A DNA stretch of 41,565 bases from Nemertoderma westbladi (GCA_032718475.1 JAUCBJ010006081.1:1-41565); one strand, 5' to 3'; positions 12,801 through 24,560 are shown, numbered from the stretch's first letter. The notes: generated by a model from the sequence alone, not told the origin. Program-made: numbers and translations.

Positions 12801-15800
12801 TTCCTTTATTGATTCGTTATGTTCCAGGTACCCGAGTGGAGGATGTTGTTCCTTTATTGATTCGTTATGTTCCAGGTACCCGAGTGGAGGATGTTGTTCC
12901 TTTATTGATTCGTTATGTTCCAGGTACCCGATTGTAGGATGTTGTTCCTTTATTGATTCGTTATGTTCCAGGTACCTGAGTGGAGGATGTTGTTCCTTTA
13001 TTGATTCGTTATGTTCCAGGTACCCGATTGGAGGATGTTGTTCCTTTATTGATTCGTTATGTTCCAGGTACCCGATTGGAGGATGTTGTTCCTTTATTGA
13101 TTCGTTATGTTCCAGGTACCGAGTGGAGGATGTTGTTCCTTTATTGATTCGTTATGTTCCAGGTACCCGAGTGGAGGATGTTGTTCCTTTATTGATTCGT
13201 TATGTTCCAGGTACCCGAGTGGAGGATGTTGTTCCTTTATTGATTCGTTATGTTCCAGGTACCCGAGTGGAGGATGTTGTTCCTATATTGATTCGTTATG
13301 TTCCAGGTACCCGAGTGGAGGATGTTGTTCCTTTATTGATTCGTTATGTTCCAGGTACCCGAGTGGAGGATGTTGTTCCTTTATTGATTCGTTATGTTCC
13401 AGGTACCCGAGTGGAGGATGTTGTTCCTTTATTGATTCGTTATGTTCCAGGTACCCGAGTGGAGGATGTTGTTCCTTTATTGATTCGTTATGTTCCAGGT
13501 ACCCGAGTGGAGGATGTTGTTCCTTTATTGATTCGTTATGTTCCAGGTACCCGAGTGGAGGATGTTGTTCCTTTATTGGTTCGTTATGTTCCAGGTACCC
13601 TAGCAGAGGATGTTGTTCCTTTATTGATTCGTTATGTTCCAGGTACCCGAGTGGAGGATGTTGTTCCTTTATTGATTCGTTATGTTCCAGGTACCCGAGT
13701 GGAGGATGTTGTTCCTTTATTGATTCGTTATGTTCCAGGTACCCGAGTGGAGGATGTTGTTCCTTTATTGATTCGTTATGTTCCAGGTACCCGAGCGGAG
13801 GATGTTGTTCCTTTATTGATTCGTTATGTTCCAGGTACCCGAGTGGAGGATGTTGTTCCTTTATTGATTCGTTATGTTCCAGGTACCCGATTGGAGGATG
13901 TTGTTCCTTTATTGATTCGTTATGTTCCAGGTACCCGAGTGGAGGATGTTGTTCCTTTATTGATTCGTTATGTTCCAGGTACCCGAGCGGAGGATGTTGT
14001 TCCTTTATTGATTCGTTATGTTCCCGGTACCCGATTGGAGGATGTTGTTCCTTTATTGATTCGTTATGTTCCAGGTACCCGAGTGGAGGATGTTGTTCCT
14101 TTATTGATTCGTTATGTTCCAGGTACCCGAGTGGAGGATGTTGTTCCTTTATTGATTCGTTATGTTCCAGGTACCCGAGTGGAGGATGTTGTTCCTTTAT
14201 TGATTCGTTATGTTCCAGGTACCCGAGTGGAGGATGTTGTTCCTTTATTGATTCGTTATGCTCCAGGTACCCGAGTGGAGGATGTTGTTCCTTTATTGAT
14301 TCGTTATGTTCCAGGTACCCGAGTGGAGGATGTTGTTCCTTTATTGATTCGTTATGTTCCAGGTACCCGAGTGGAGGATGTTGTTCCTATATTGATTCGT
14401 TATGTTCCAGGTACCCGATTGGAGGATGTTGTTCCTTTATTGATTCGTTATGTTCCAGGTACCCGAGTGGAGGATGTTGTTCCTTTGTTGATTCGTTATG
14501 TTCCAGGTACCCGATTGGAGGATGTTGTTCCTTTATTGATTCGTTATGTTCCAGGTACCCGAGTGGAGGATGTTGTTCCTTTATTGATTCGTTATGTTCC
14601 AGGTACCCGAGTGGAGGATGTTGTTCCTTTATTGATTCGTTATGTTCCAGGTACCCGATTGGAGGATGTTGTTCCTTTATTGATTCGTTATGTTCCAGGT
14701 ACCCGAGTGGAGGATGTTGTTCCTTTATTGATTCGTTATGTTCCAGGTACCCGAGTGGAGGATGTTGTTCCTTTATTGATTCGTTATGTTCCAGGTACCC
14801 GAGTGGAGGATGTTGTTCCTTTATTGATTCGTTATGTTCCAGGTACCCGATTGGAGGATGTTGTTCCTTTATTGATTCGTTATGTTCCAGGTACCCGAGT
14901 GGAGGATGTTGTTCCTTTATTGATTCGTTATGTTCCAGGTACCCGAGTGGAGGAGGTTGTTCCTTTATTGATTCGTTATGTTCCAGGTACCCGAGTGGAG
15001 GATGTTGTTCCTTTATTGATTCGTTATGTTCCAGGTACCCGAGTGGAGGATGTTGTTCCTTTATTGATTCGTTATGTTCCAGGTACCCGATTGGAGGATG
15101 TTGTTCCTTTATTGATTCGTTATGTTCCAGGTACCCGAGTGGAGGATGTTGTTCCTTTATTGATTCGTTATGTTCCAGGTACCCGAGTGGAGGATGTTGT
15201 TCCTTTATTGATTCGTTATGTTCCAGGTACCCGATTGGAGGATGTTGTTCCTTTATTGATTCGTTATGTTCCAGGTACCCGAGTGGAGGATGTTGTTCCT
15301 TTATTGATTCGTTATGTTCCAGGTACCCGAATGGAGGATGTTGTTCCTTTATTGATTCGTTATGTTCCAGGTACCCGAGCGGAGGATGTTGTTCCTTTAT
15401 TGATTCGTTATGTTCCAGGTACCCGAGTGGAGGATGTTGTTCCTTTATTGATTCGTTATGTTCCAGGTACCCGAGTGGAGGATGTTGTTCCTTTATTGGT
15501 TCGTTATGTTCCAGGTACCCTAGCAGAGGATGTTGTTCCTTTATTGATTCGTTATGTTCCAGGTACCCGAGTGGAGGATGTTGTTCCTTTATTGATTCGT
15601 TATGTTCCAGGTACCCGAGTGGAGGATGTTGTTCCTTTATTGATTCGTTATGTTCCAGGTACCCGAGTAGAGGATGTTGTTCCTTTATTGATTCGTTATG
15701 TTCCAGGTACCCGAGTGGAGGATGTTGTTCCTTTATTGATTCGTTATGTTCCAGGTACCCGAGTGGAGGATGTTGTTCCTTTATTGATTCGTTATGTTCC

Positions 15801-17716
15801 AGGTACCCGAGTGGAGGATGTTGTTCCTTTATTGATTCGTTATGTTCCAGGTACCCGAGTAGAGGATGTTGTTCCTTTATTGATTCGTTATGTTCCAGGT
15901 ACCCGAGTGGAGGATGTTGTTCCTTTATTGATTCGTTATGTTCCAGGTACCCGAGTGGAGGATGTTGTTCCTTTATTGATTCGTTATGTTCCAGGTACCC
16001 GAGTAGAGGATGTTGTTCCTTTATTGATTCGTTATGTTCCAGGTACCCGAGTGGAGGATGTTGTTCCTTTATTGATTCGTTATGTTCCAGGTACCCGAGT
16101 GGAGGATGTTGTTCCTTTATTGATTCGTTATGTTCCAGGTACCCGATTGTAGGATGTTGTTCCTTTATTGATTCGTTATGTTCCAGGTACCTGAGTGGAG
16201 GATGTTGTTCCTTTATTGATTCGTTATGTTCCAGGTACCCGATTGGAGGATGTTGTTCCTTTATTGATTCGTTATGTTCCAGGTACCCGATTGGAGGATG
16301 TTGTTCCTTTATTGATTCGTTATGTTCCAGGTACCGAAGTGGAGGATGTTGTTCCTTTATTGATTCGTTATGTTCCAGGTACCCGAGTGGAGGATGTTGT
16401 TCCTTTATTGATTCGTTATGTTCCAGGTACCCGAGTGGAGGATGTTGTTCCTTTATTGATTCGTTATGTTCCAGGTACCCGAGTGGAGGATGTTGTTCCT
16501 ATATTGATTCGTTATGTTCCAGGTACCCGAGTGGAGGATGTTGTTCCTTTATTGATTCGTTATGTTCCAGGTACCCGAGTGGAGGATGTTGTTCCTTTAT
16601 TGATTCGTTATGTTCCAGGTACCCGAGTGGAGGATGTTGTTCCTTTATTGATTCGTTATGTTCCAGGTACCCTAGCAGAGGATGTTGTTCCTTTATTGAT
16701 TCGTTATGTTCCAGGTACCCGAGTGGAGGATGTTGTTCCTTTATTGATTCGTTATGTTCCAGGTACCCTAGCAGAGGATGTTGTTCCTTTATTGATTCGT
16801 TATGTTCCAGGTACCCGAGTGGAGGATGTTGTTCCTTTATTGATTCGTTATGTTCCAGGTACCCGAGTGGAGGATGTTGTTCCTTTATTGATTCGTTATG
16901 TTCCAGGTACCCGATTGGAGGATGTTGTTCCTTTATTGATTCGTTATGTTCCAGGTACCCTAGCAGAGGATGTTGTTCCTTTATTGATTCGTTATGTTCC
17001 AGGTACCCGAGTGGAGGATGTTGTTCCTTTATTGATTCGTTATGTTCCAGGTACCCGAGTGGAGGATGTTGTTCCTTTATTGATTCGTTATGTTCCAGGT
17101 ACCCGAGTGGAGGATGTTGTTCCTTTATTGATTCGTTATGTTCCAGGTACCCGAGTGGAGGATGTTGTTCCTTTATTGATTCGTTATATTCCAGGTACCC
17201 GAGTGGAGGATTGTTGTTCCTTTATTGATTCGTTATGTTCCAGGTACCCGAGTGGAGGATGTTGTTCCTTTATTGATTCGTTATGTTCCAGGTACCCGAG
17301 TGGAGGATGTTGTTCCTTTATTGATTCGTTATGTTCCAGGTACCCGATTGGAGGATGTTGTTCCTTTATTGATTCGTTATGTTCCAGGTACCCGAGTGGA
17401 GGATGTTGTTCCTTTATTAATTCGTTATGTTCCAGGTACCCGAGTGGAGGATGTTGTTCCTTTATTGATTCGTTATGTTCCAGGTAGCGAAGTGGAGGAT
17501 GTTGTTCCTTTATTGATTCGTTATGTTCCAGGTACCGAAGTGGAGGATGTTGTTCCTTTATTGATTCGTTATGTTCCAGGTACCGAAGTGGATGATGTTG
17601 TTCCTTTATTGATTCGTTATGTTCCAGGTACCCGAGTGGAGGATGTTGTTCCTTTATTGATTCGTTATGTTCCAGGTACCCGAGTGGAGGATGTTGTTCC
17701 TTGATTGATTCGTTAT
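6882..17716. repeat. 48-bp minisatellite, ~225 copies, consensus gttccag|gtacccgagtggaggatgttgttcctttattgattcgttat
   Basis: 240-nt (5 x 48) line periodicity; first AG at 6920-6921, last at 17674-17675 (distance 224 x 48 + 2, from 1-bp indels near 8641, 9218, 13120, 17210). Confidence 0.99.
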
Positions 17717-17900
17717 CATTGGAACAGTCGACAACTACGTCATCGAGTAACACAACAACCAAACTTAGTCTATCCAATCAGGGCCATATTGGCAAACACA
17801 TCCCGCCTCCGGTTGTCACAGTAAGAGATGTTCTCTATGGTTCTTGGGATTTACTCTTAGAGGAGTCTAGGACAACCGTTTTATTATTTTGGACACTTTG
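17676..17900 (+). CDS. Internal exon A of thioredoxin-fold (TlpA/redoxin-like) gene: YPSGGCCSLIDSLSLEQ...GHIGKHIPPPVVTVRDVLYGSWDLLLEESRTTVLLFWTLW
   Basis: Acceptor ttatgttccag| (last repeat unit; exact 5' boundary uncertain), donor tg|gttagt; IGKHIP...VLLFWTLW resembles the redoxin N-terminus (G..aP...vvl.FWa.WC); phase 2 joins the next exon to give W-C. Confidence 0.75.
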
Positions 17901-18578
17901 GTTAGTATTAGTAGTAGACTAAAATGCAACTGTTACCTTAACCTTGAATATTATCAGTTGATAGCAGTCAGTCGATCGGTTGGTTTCGCCTCTCAGCGGA
18001 AGACATTAGCAAAGAGGCCAAGCCAGGAAATGATAATGAGGTGAACTTTTCAATTCATTTCAATCCCTTTTTGTCCCTTTCGGAATCCTCTCTGAGGGTC
18101 ATTTAATGTTTTGGCCTTTTGAGGAAATACCGATTAGTTGACTGCCGTTAAAGGCATCGATCGTTTCCACTTGCACGATATTTTTTGTTTACAATTTTGT
18201 TATGTAAACCTTCCGCTAAGTTTTTTAATTGACTAAATTTAATTTGGAATTTAATTGAAATTCAATATAATAATTTATAATCCTTATTTACTTCATAATT
18301 TTTCATAATTAATAATTCGTCATGCTTATTCTACAATTATGAATACAATACACCAATACATCTATTTTGCAATAATAACAAAAATTTTATTCTTAGATTT
18401 TGATAAAAATTGACTGCCTTTCTAATCGTATAGTAAGTTCAGAAGGAACATTTCATATGTTGTCAATTTTAGGATATTGATCTTGTGGGACACTAGATGC
18501 AATAAATTAACACTAAACAACCAATTATCACTGTGTACAACATAACCAATTATCACTTACACAACATAACAATTTTAG

Positions 18579-18728
18579 GTGCAAATCTTCTTTAAAGTTT
18601 ATTGACATGTTTGTGGATGTGGCACAAAATGACTTATCTGGATCAGCTGCCTACGTAACATGTTGCTGTGGAAGTTCTGACGACGACGCTGAACATGGGA
18701 GAATGTTGGCGGCCCTGATTGAAGCAAG
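18579..18728 (+). CDS. Exon B: CKSSLKFIDMFVDVAQNDLSGSAAYVTCCCGSSDDDAEHGRMLAALIEAR
   Basis: aattttag| acceptor, ag|gtgggt donor; phases 2/2 match both neighbours; completes the WCKSS (CxxS) site plus helix/strand of the Trx fold. Confidence 0.85.
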
Positions 18729-21700
18729 GTGGGTTGCGGTTGGCGGGTGGCGGATGGTGGGTGGCGGATGGTGGGTTGCGGTTGGCGGGTGGCTGGTGGC
18801 ATGTGGCGGATGGTAGGTTGCGTGTGGTGGGTGGTGGGTTGCTCGTGGCGGGTGGGTGATGGTGGGTTGCGGGTGGCGGATGGTGGGGTGCTCGTGGCGG
18901 GTGGCTGATGGCGGATGGCGTGTGGCGGATGGTGGGTTGCGGTTGGCGGGTGGTGGGTTGCGGTTGGCGGGTGGCGGGTGGCGGATGGTAGGTTGCGTGT
19001 GGCGGGTGGCGGGTGGCGGATGGTGGGTTGCTCGTGGCGGGTGGCTGATGGTGGGTTGCGGGTGGCTGGTGGCGGATGGTGGGTTGCGTGTGGCGGATGG
19101 TGGGTTGCGTGTGGCTGGTGGTGGATGGTGGTTGGCGTGTGGCAGGTGGTGGGTGGCGGAGGGTGGGTTGCGGGTTGCATGTGGCGGGTGGCGGATGGTG
19201 GGTTGCGGGTGACCGGTGGCGGGTGGCGGATGGTTGGTTGTGTGTGGCGAGTGGCGGATGGTGGGTTGCGTGTGGCGGGTGGCGGATGGTGGGTTGCGTG
19301 TGGCGGGTTGTGGATGGTGGGTTGCGTGTGGCGGGTGGCTGGTGGCGGGTGGCGGATGGTGGGTTGCGTGTGGCGGGTGGCGGATGGTGGTTTGCGTGTG
19401 GCGGGTGGCGGATGGTGGGTTGCGTGTGGCGTGTGGCTGGTGGCGGGTGGCGGATGGTGGGTTGCGGTTGGCGGGTGGCTGATGGTGGGTTGCGGTTGAC
19501 GGGTGGCTGGTGCCGGGTGGCGGTTGGTAGGTTGCGTGTGGCGTGTGGCGTGTGACGGATGGTGGGTTGCTCGTGGCGGGTGGCTGATGGTGGGTTGCGG
19601 TTGACGGATGGCTGGTGCCGGGTGGCGGTTTGTTGGTTGCGTGTGGCGGGTGGCGGATGGTGGGTTGCGGTTGGCGGGTGGCTGGTGGCGGGTGGCGGAT
19701 GGTAGGTTGCGTGTGCCGGGTAGCGGATGGTGGGTTGCTCGTGGCGGGTGGCTGATGGTGGGTTGCGGTTGGCGGGTGGCTGGTGGCAGATGGTCGGTTG
19801 CGTGTGGCGGATGGTGGGTTGCGTGTGGCGGGTGGCTGATGAGGGGTTGCGTGTGGCGGGTGGCGGATGGTGGGTTGCGTGTGGCGGGTGGCGGATGCTG
19901 GGTTGCGTGTGACTGGTGGCGGATGGTGATTTGTGTGTGGCGGGTGGCAGGTGGCGGATGGTGGGTTGCGTGTGGCGGGTGGCGGATGGTGGGTTGCGGT
20001 TGTCTGGTGGCGGGTGGCGGATGGTAGGTTGCGTGTGGCGGGTGGCGGATGGTGGGTTGCGTGTGGTGGGTGGCGAGTGGCGGATGTGAGTTGCGGTTGG
20101 TGGGTGGCTAGTGGCGGGTGGCGGGTGGCGGCTGGTGGGTTGCGTGTGGCGGGTGGCGGATGGTGGGTTGCGTGTGGCGGGTTGTGGATGGTGGGTTGCG
20201 TGTGGCGGGTGGCTGGTGGCGGGTGGCGGATGGTGGGTTGCGTGTGGCGGGTGGCGGATGGTGGTTTGCGTGTGGCGGGTGGCGGATGGTGGGTTGCGTG
20301 TGGCGTGTGGCGTGTGGCTGGTGGCGGGTGGCGGATGGTGGGTTGCGGTTGGCGGGTGGCTGATGGTGGGTTGCGGTTGACGGGTGGCTGGTGCCGGGTG
20401 GCGGTTGGTAGGTTGCGTGTGGCGTGTGACGGATGGTGGGTTGCTCGTGGCGGGTGGCTGATGGTGGGTTGCGGTTGACGGGTGGCTGGTGCCGGGTGGC
20501 GGTTTGTTGGTTGCGTGTGGCGGGTGGCGGATGGTGGATGGTGGGTTGCGGGTGGCGGGTGGCTGGTGGCGGGTGGAGGATGGTAGGTTGCGTGTGCCGG
20601 GTGGCGGATGGTGGGTTGCTCGTGGCGGGTGGCTGATGGTGGGTTGCGGTTGGCGGGTGGCTGGTGGCGGATGGTCGGTTGCGTGTGGCGGGTGGCGGAT
20701 GGTGGGTTGCGTGTGGCGGGTGGCTGATGAGGGGTTGCGTGTGGCGGGTGGCGGATGGTGGGTTGCGTGTGGCGGGTGGCGGATGGTGGGTTGCGTGTGA
20801 CTGGTGGCGGATGGTGATTTGTGTGTGGCGGGTGGCAGGTGGCGGATGGTGGGTTGCGTGTGGCGGGTGGCGGATGGTGGGTTGCGGTTGTCTGGTGGCG
20901 GGTGGCGGATGGTAGGTTGCGTGTGGCGGGTGGCGGATGGTGGGTTGCGTGTGGTGGGTGGCGAGTGGCGGATGTGAGTTGCGGTTGGTGGGTGGCTAGT
21001 GGCTGGTGGCGGGTGGCGGGTGGCGGCTGGTGGGTTGCGTGTGGCGGGTGGCGGCCGGTGGGTTGCATGTGGCGGATGATGGGTTGCGGTTGACGGGTAG
21101 CTGGGGGCGGGTGGCGGCTGGTGGGTTGCGTGTGGCGGGTGGCGGCTGGTGGGTTGCGTGTGGCGGGTGGCGGATGGTGGGTTGCGTGTGGCGGGTGGCT
21201 GATGAGGGGTTGCGTGTGGCGGGTGGCGGATGGTTGGTTGCGTGTGGCGGGTGGCGGATGGTGGGTTGCGTGTGACTGGTGGCGGATGGTGATTTGTGTG
21301 TGGCGGGTGGCAGGTGGCGGATGGTGGGTTGCGTGTGGCGGGTGGCGGATGGTGGGTTGCGGTTGTCTGGTGGCGGGTGGCGGATGGTAGGTTGCGTGTG
21401 GCGGGTGGCGGATGGTGGGTTGCGTGTGGTGGGTGGCGAGTGGCGGATGTGAGTTGCGGTTGGTGGGTGGCTAGTGGCGGGTGGCGGGTGGCGGCTGGTG
21501 GGTTGCGTGTGGCGGGTGGCGGCCGGTGGGTTGCATGTGGCGGATGATGGGTTGCGGTTGGCGGGTAGCTGGGGGCGGGTGGCGGCTGGTGGGTTGCGTG
21601 TGGCGGGTGGCGGCCGGTGGGTTGCATGTGGCGGATGATGGGTTGCGGTTGGCGGGTAGCTGGGGGCGGGTGGCGGCTGGTGGGTTGCGTGTGGCGGGTG

Positions 21701-21794
21701 GCGGCTGGTGGGTTGCGTGTGGCGGGTGGCGGATGGTGGGTGGTTGCGTGTGGTGGGTGGCGGATGGTGGGTTGAGTGTGGCGGGTGGCGGATG
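18729..21794. repeat. G/T-rich intronic satellite of 7-mers (ggtggcg, gatggtg, ggttgcg, tgtggcg) forming ~28-bp superunits, with internal block duplications
   Basis: Direct reading; rare marker gatgagggg recurs at ~19838, ~20726, ~21201 (offsets ~0.89 and ~0.48 kb). Confidence 0.96.
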
Positions 21795-22254
21795 GTAAGT
21801 GGTGTGTATATTGTGGTCTTAGTTGTAAATATTATTATAATGTTAACTTCCTTCACGTCAAGTCTCTCTGACGGGTGGGTGGGGTTCAGTGTACTTCATT
21901 TTAGTACGGGCCAAATCAACATTGTCCGACTGTATGTCTGTCTGTCTGTCGTTCCACCCGCCTCAATGTTAATGTTTCACCACCGGTTCGGACATATATG
22001 TTGAATTTTGGAAGCGGTTTAGTAGATAAAGGGATTTGAATACAAGAGGGTGCTTCGCAAATTCCGTTGAAAGTTTCAGAGATTTCAAGGTTCACATACC
22101 CCGTGAGTGCGATGTCCTGGCGGTGATCACGAGTTTACCTCATGGCACACACTTAGCCTAAGTAACATAACTAATAATTGTAACTGTTGTAGAAATGCAC
22201 TGATTTGCTGACACTATTGACACAAACAACGTCGGTTACTCTTTTGGTTTCTAG

Positions 22255-22423
22255 GGGCTGGAATCGCGACAACCGTGTTCGCCATCTGTGTGGTTGTCGG
22301 ACACCAGGGGCTGGCCAATCAACAACCAGACGACCGCTTTCTCGCCACGCTGTCCATCGAGTTGAAGACAACAGCGGAAAGAAGAAATCAGATCATTCCG
22401 TCACTGATTTATATAACATACAG
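22255..22423 (+). CDS. Exon C: GWNRDNRVRHLCGCRTPGAGQSTTRRPLSRHAVHRVEDNSGKKKSDHSVTDLYNIQ
   Basis: cttttggtttctag| acceptor, cag|gttggc donor; phase 2 in, phase 0 out; DLYNIQ joins GVP of the next exon as in Trx 'y.v.giP'. Confidence 0.8.
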
Positions 22424-22695
22424 GTTGGCGGCTAAACAGTAACTTATCTATATAACAATGGTGCGGGGACCTGACACAAATATATCGTCTTAATGTTTCA
22501 TTATCAATTAAAGGAAAGGAGCAGGTTACAGGATTTAAATTTTTAGAAGTAATCAGCTGTTATTTGCGCCAATTTTCGCCTGGAGAGGCAATAATTTTGA
22601 TTGCACGTCCAAAGTCTACCAGTATCTCATCTATTCAACTAATTTATTCAATTGCTTCCTCTGTTCATTGGTTATGGTTCAATGTATGTTTATAG

Positions 22696-22852
22696 GGCGT
22701 TCCCTGTGTAGTTGTGGTTCATGAGGATGGGTTTGTAGCCTGGCAAGGTAGAGTGGCTGTCCGCGACATGGAATCTTTGCAACAATTCATCTACACTACT
22801 CTACATGATGTGAATCGAAAAGCCGAAACCAGTAGAGTTAATACAGCTCGAA
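22696..22852 (+). CDS. Exon D: GVPCVVVVHEDGFVAWQGRVAVRDMESLQQFIYTTLHDVNRKAETSRVNTAR
   Basis: gtttatag| acceptor, a|gtaagt donor; cis-Pro loop and beta hairpin typical of TlpA-like folds (GiP..vvid.dG.i.w.G). Confidence 0.88.
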
Positions 22853-23647
22853 GTAAGTATGAACACCATCAATACCCTGCCCTGCTAGAACCAGTGCATG
22901 CTGAAAATTTTCAGAGCATAACTATGCTAGATCCCTTTTAACGAGAGGAAAAACCAGTAACCAAAACATAGTAATTTATACCAAATCCGTTTATCGGAGA
23001 CAAAATAACCCAGACCAGGTATAGCAAATCACGGGAGGAAAATAACTCAAGACAATTGAACGGGTTGTTTAATTTTTTTCGAAATTAAATTTTTTAGTGT
23101 GTCAATATTATAGAAGTAAAAACTAGTATTATTGTAGAATGGACCAGTTGTAGTCAAATGTCTAAATTGAGAATATAAAACAAACTAACAGTTTTCCAGT
23201 TGAAGCAGTTCGAATACCACTTGTACGTTTATTTGCTTTACATCTTAATTATTTCATAAAAAATACGGTGTATTCTTTCCTTAAATTTTTAAATTCACTA
23301 ATATCACCACTGTTACTGAGTTTCAAAAGGGGATTTTCAATTAGTAGTGTGTGTGTATATAGTAATCGAATAGCTACATTATGGTGAATTCTGTCTCTTA
23401 TTAGTAAACCGTAAGTATGTGATGTAAATACAGAGAGAGACATGTTTAAATTGGATTATTTTAAATCCGACATAATAGTAATAGTAATGTAAATAGTATA
23501 TATAGTAATATAGTAATAGTAAAATGCTTCACAAATAATGTCAAATGTGTTAATTCATTTTGCCGCACTAATCATGACTGCACCACCGCGGTTGAATTTG
23601 TTTAACTAGTTTAATTAATATAAAGGTGACTGGATTAATGTTTAATT

Positions 23648-23920
23648 AAGTAAAGTAAAGTTTACTTCGGCCGTTAGGCCAGGGATTACGCACTAAGTCT
23701 GACGACTTCTAGTGCGGTCCCCCCAGAACTATACTCCCCAGAGGAAACTCTAGTACTCATTTAGCGGATTTAAGGCAGAGATGCGCCCTGGCCAGGTACG
23801 ATAAAGCATTCGTGCCGAAACGAAAACTGCTCTGCCTGGCCCCCATTCGGCGATCGAACCCACGACCTCCAAAGAGATGTGAATTTAAGGCAGTGGATTT
23901 AACAACTACGCCATTGTGGG
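23648..23920 (-). mobile_element. tRNA-derived SINE in the last intron
   Basis: Minus strand: A-box-like tggcgtagttgtt (23901-23913), B-box ggttcgatcg (23851-23860), ~190-nt body, (TTTAC)n tail at 23648-23661. Confidence 0.75.
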
Positions 23921-23983
23921 TATTAAATTATTATTATTGATATTGTTTTCCTGAAATGTTTAATGTCATTATATTTTCTCCAG

Positions 23984-24342
23984 GCCGACACAGCGGGGCT
24001 CCACCAACCAAACTGCTTCCACCAACGACTCCCCAACCGCTCGGTTTCTCTCCGAGGAAACCGCAGATGAACGGGTGGATGAAACCCCAGCCGAAGAAAC
24101 CCCAGTCCCGGAAGCGCTCGAAGAGACCGCTAATCAGCGTGGAGCAGCGGCCACGATCCGCGTTAAACACGGGGACCGCGCCGAATAAAACTCAGGATTC
24201 GTATCGCTCGGGCTCATTGGGTGAGGGTTCGGTGGAGGAGAAGTCCTCCGTCGGGGATCCTCCTCATAAAGATATCCTAGTCGACGATACTGCAGCGGTG
24301 GACACCACAACAACTACAGAGACAGCGGAGGAACAAAGATAA
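23984..24342 (+). CDS. Terminal exon E: low-complexity P/K/S/T-rich tail (RHSGAPPTKLLPP...TETAEEQR*)
   Basis: attttctccag| acceptor, phase 1 matches exon D; GC-rich open frame to TAA at 24340-24342. Confidence 0.8.
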
Positions 24343-24544
24343 TACGTTGTTTATGCGATGTAGACTTGGCGTTCATATCGTTAATAATATAACATTGTTT
24401 TATAGGGAATTCGCTGGGTTTTGAACTTCTCACAAATATCACTATCTAGACTTGCCTGTCATATTCCTAAGATTACATTGTAGAAGTTTAAATCATGTTA
24501 TATTGAGTTAAATAATATTATTATTACTTAATTATATTGGGAAC

Positions 24545-24550
24545 AATAAA
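24545..24550 (+). promoter_or_regulatory. Candidate polyadenylation signal AATAAA
   Basis: First AATAAA after the stop codon, ~200 nt downstream. Confidence 0.5.
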
Positions 24551-24560
24551 TCAAACCCTT

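Noticed and set aside
17593-17595. In-frame TGA as selenocysteine
   Set aside because: It is a GGA>TGA change at a Gly position of a repeat unit, not at the redox motif; no SECIS recognised in the 3' UTR.
6741-17777. Giant ORFs (VEDVVPLLIRYVPGTR)n, (SGGCCSFIDSLCSRYP)n and minus-strand (HNESIKEQHPPLGYLE)n as repeat proteins
   Set aside because: A 48-bp unit is stop-free in three frames by construction; all are broken by four 1-bp indels and sporadic stops (minus frame by the cctatattg variants).
17720-18180. Minus-strand degraded coding region leading into the 48-bp array
   Set aside because: Multiple in-frame stops; the plus-strand frame explains the region with Trx motifs and a splice donor.
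18599-21856. His/Pro/Thr-rich minus-strand ORFs (up to 994 aa) and W/G/V-rich plus ORFs
   Set aside because: Several frames are open because of base skew in a 7-mer satellite lying inside a phase-consistent intron.
21850-22170. Additional DINE-like fragment with (CTGT)n
   Set aside because: No paired subterminal inverted repeats found; too weak to call.
23850-23920. Functional tRNA gene (also 33465-33535)
   Set aside because: Pol III boxes present but no complete cloverleaf; the first continues into a SINE body and tail.
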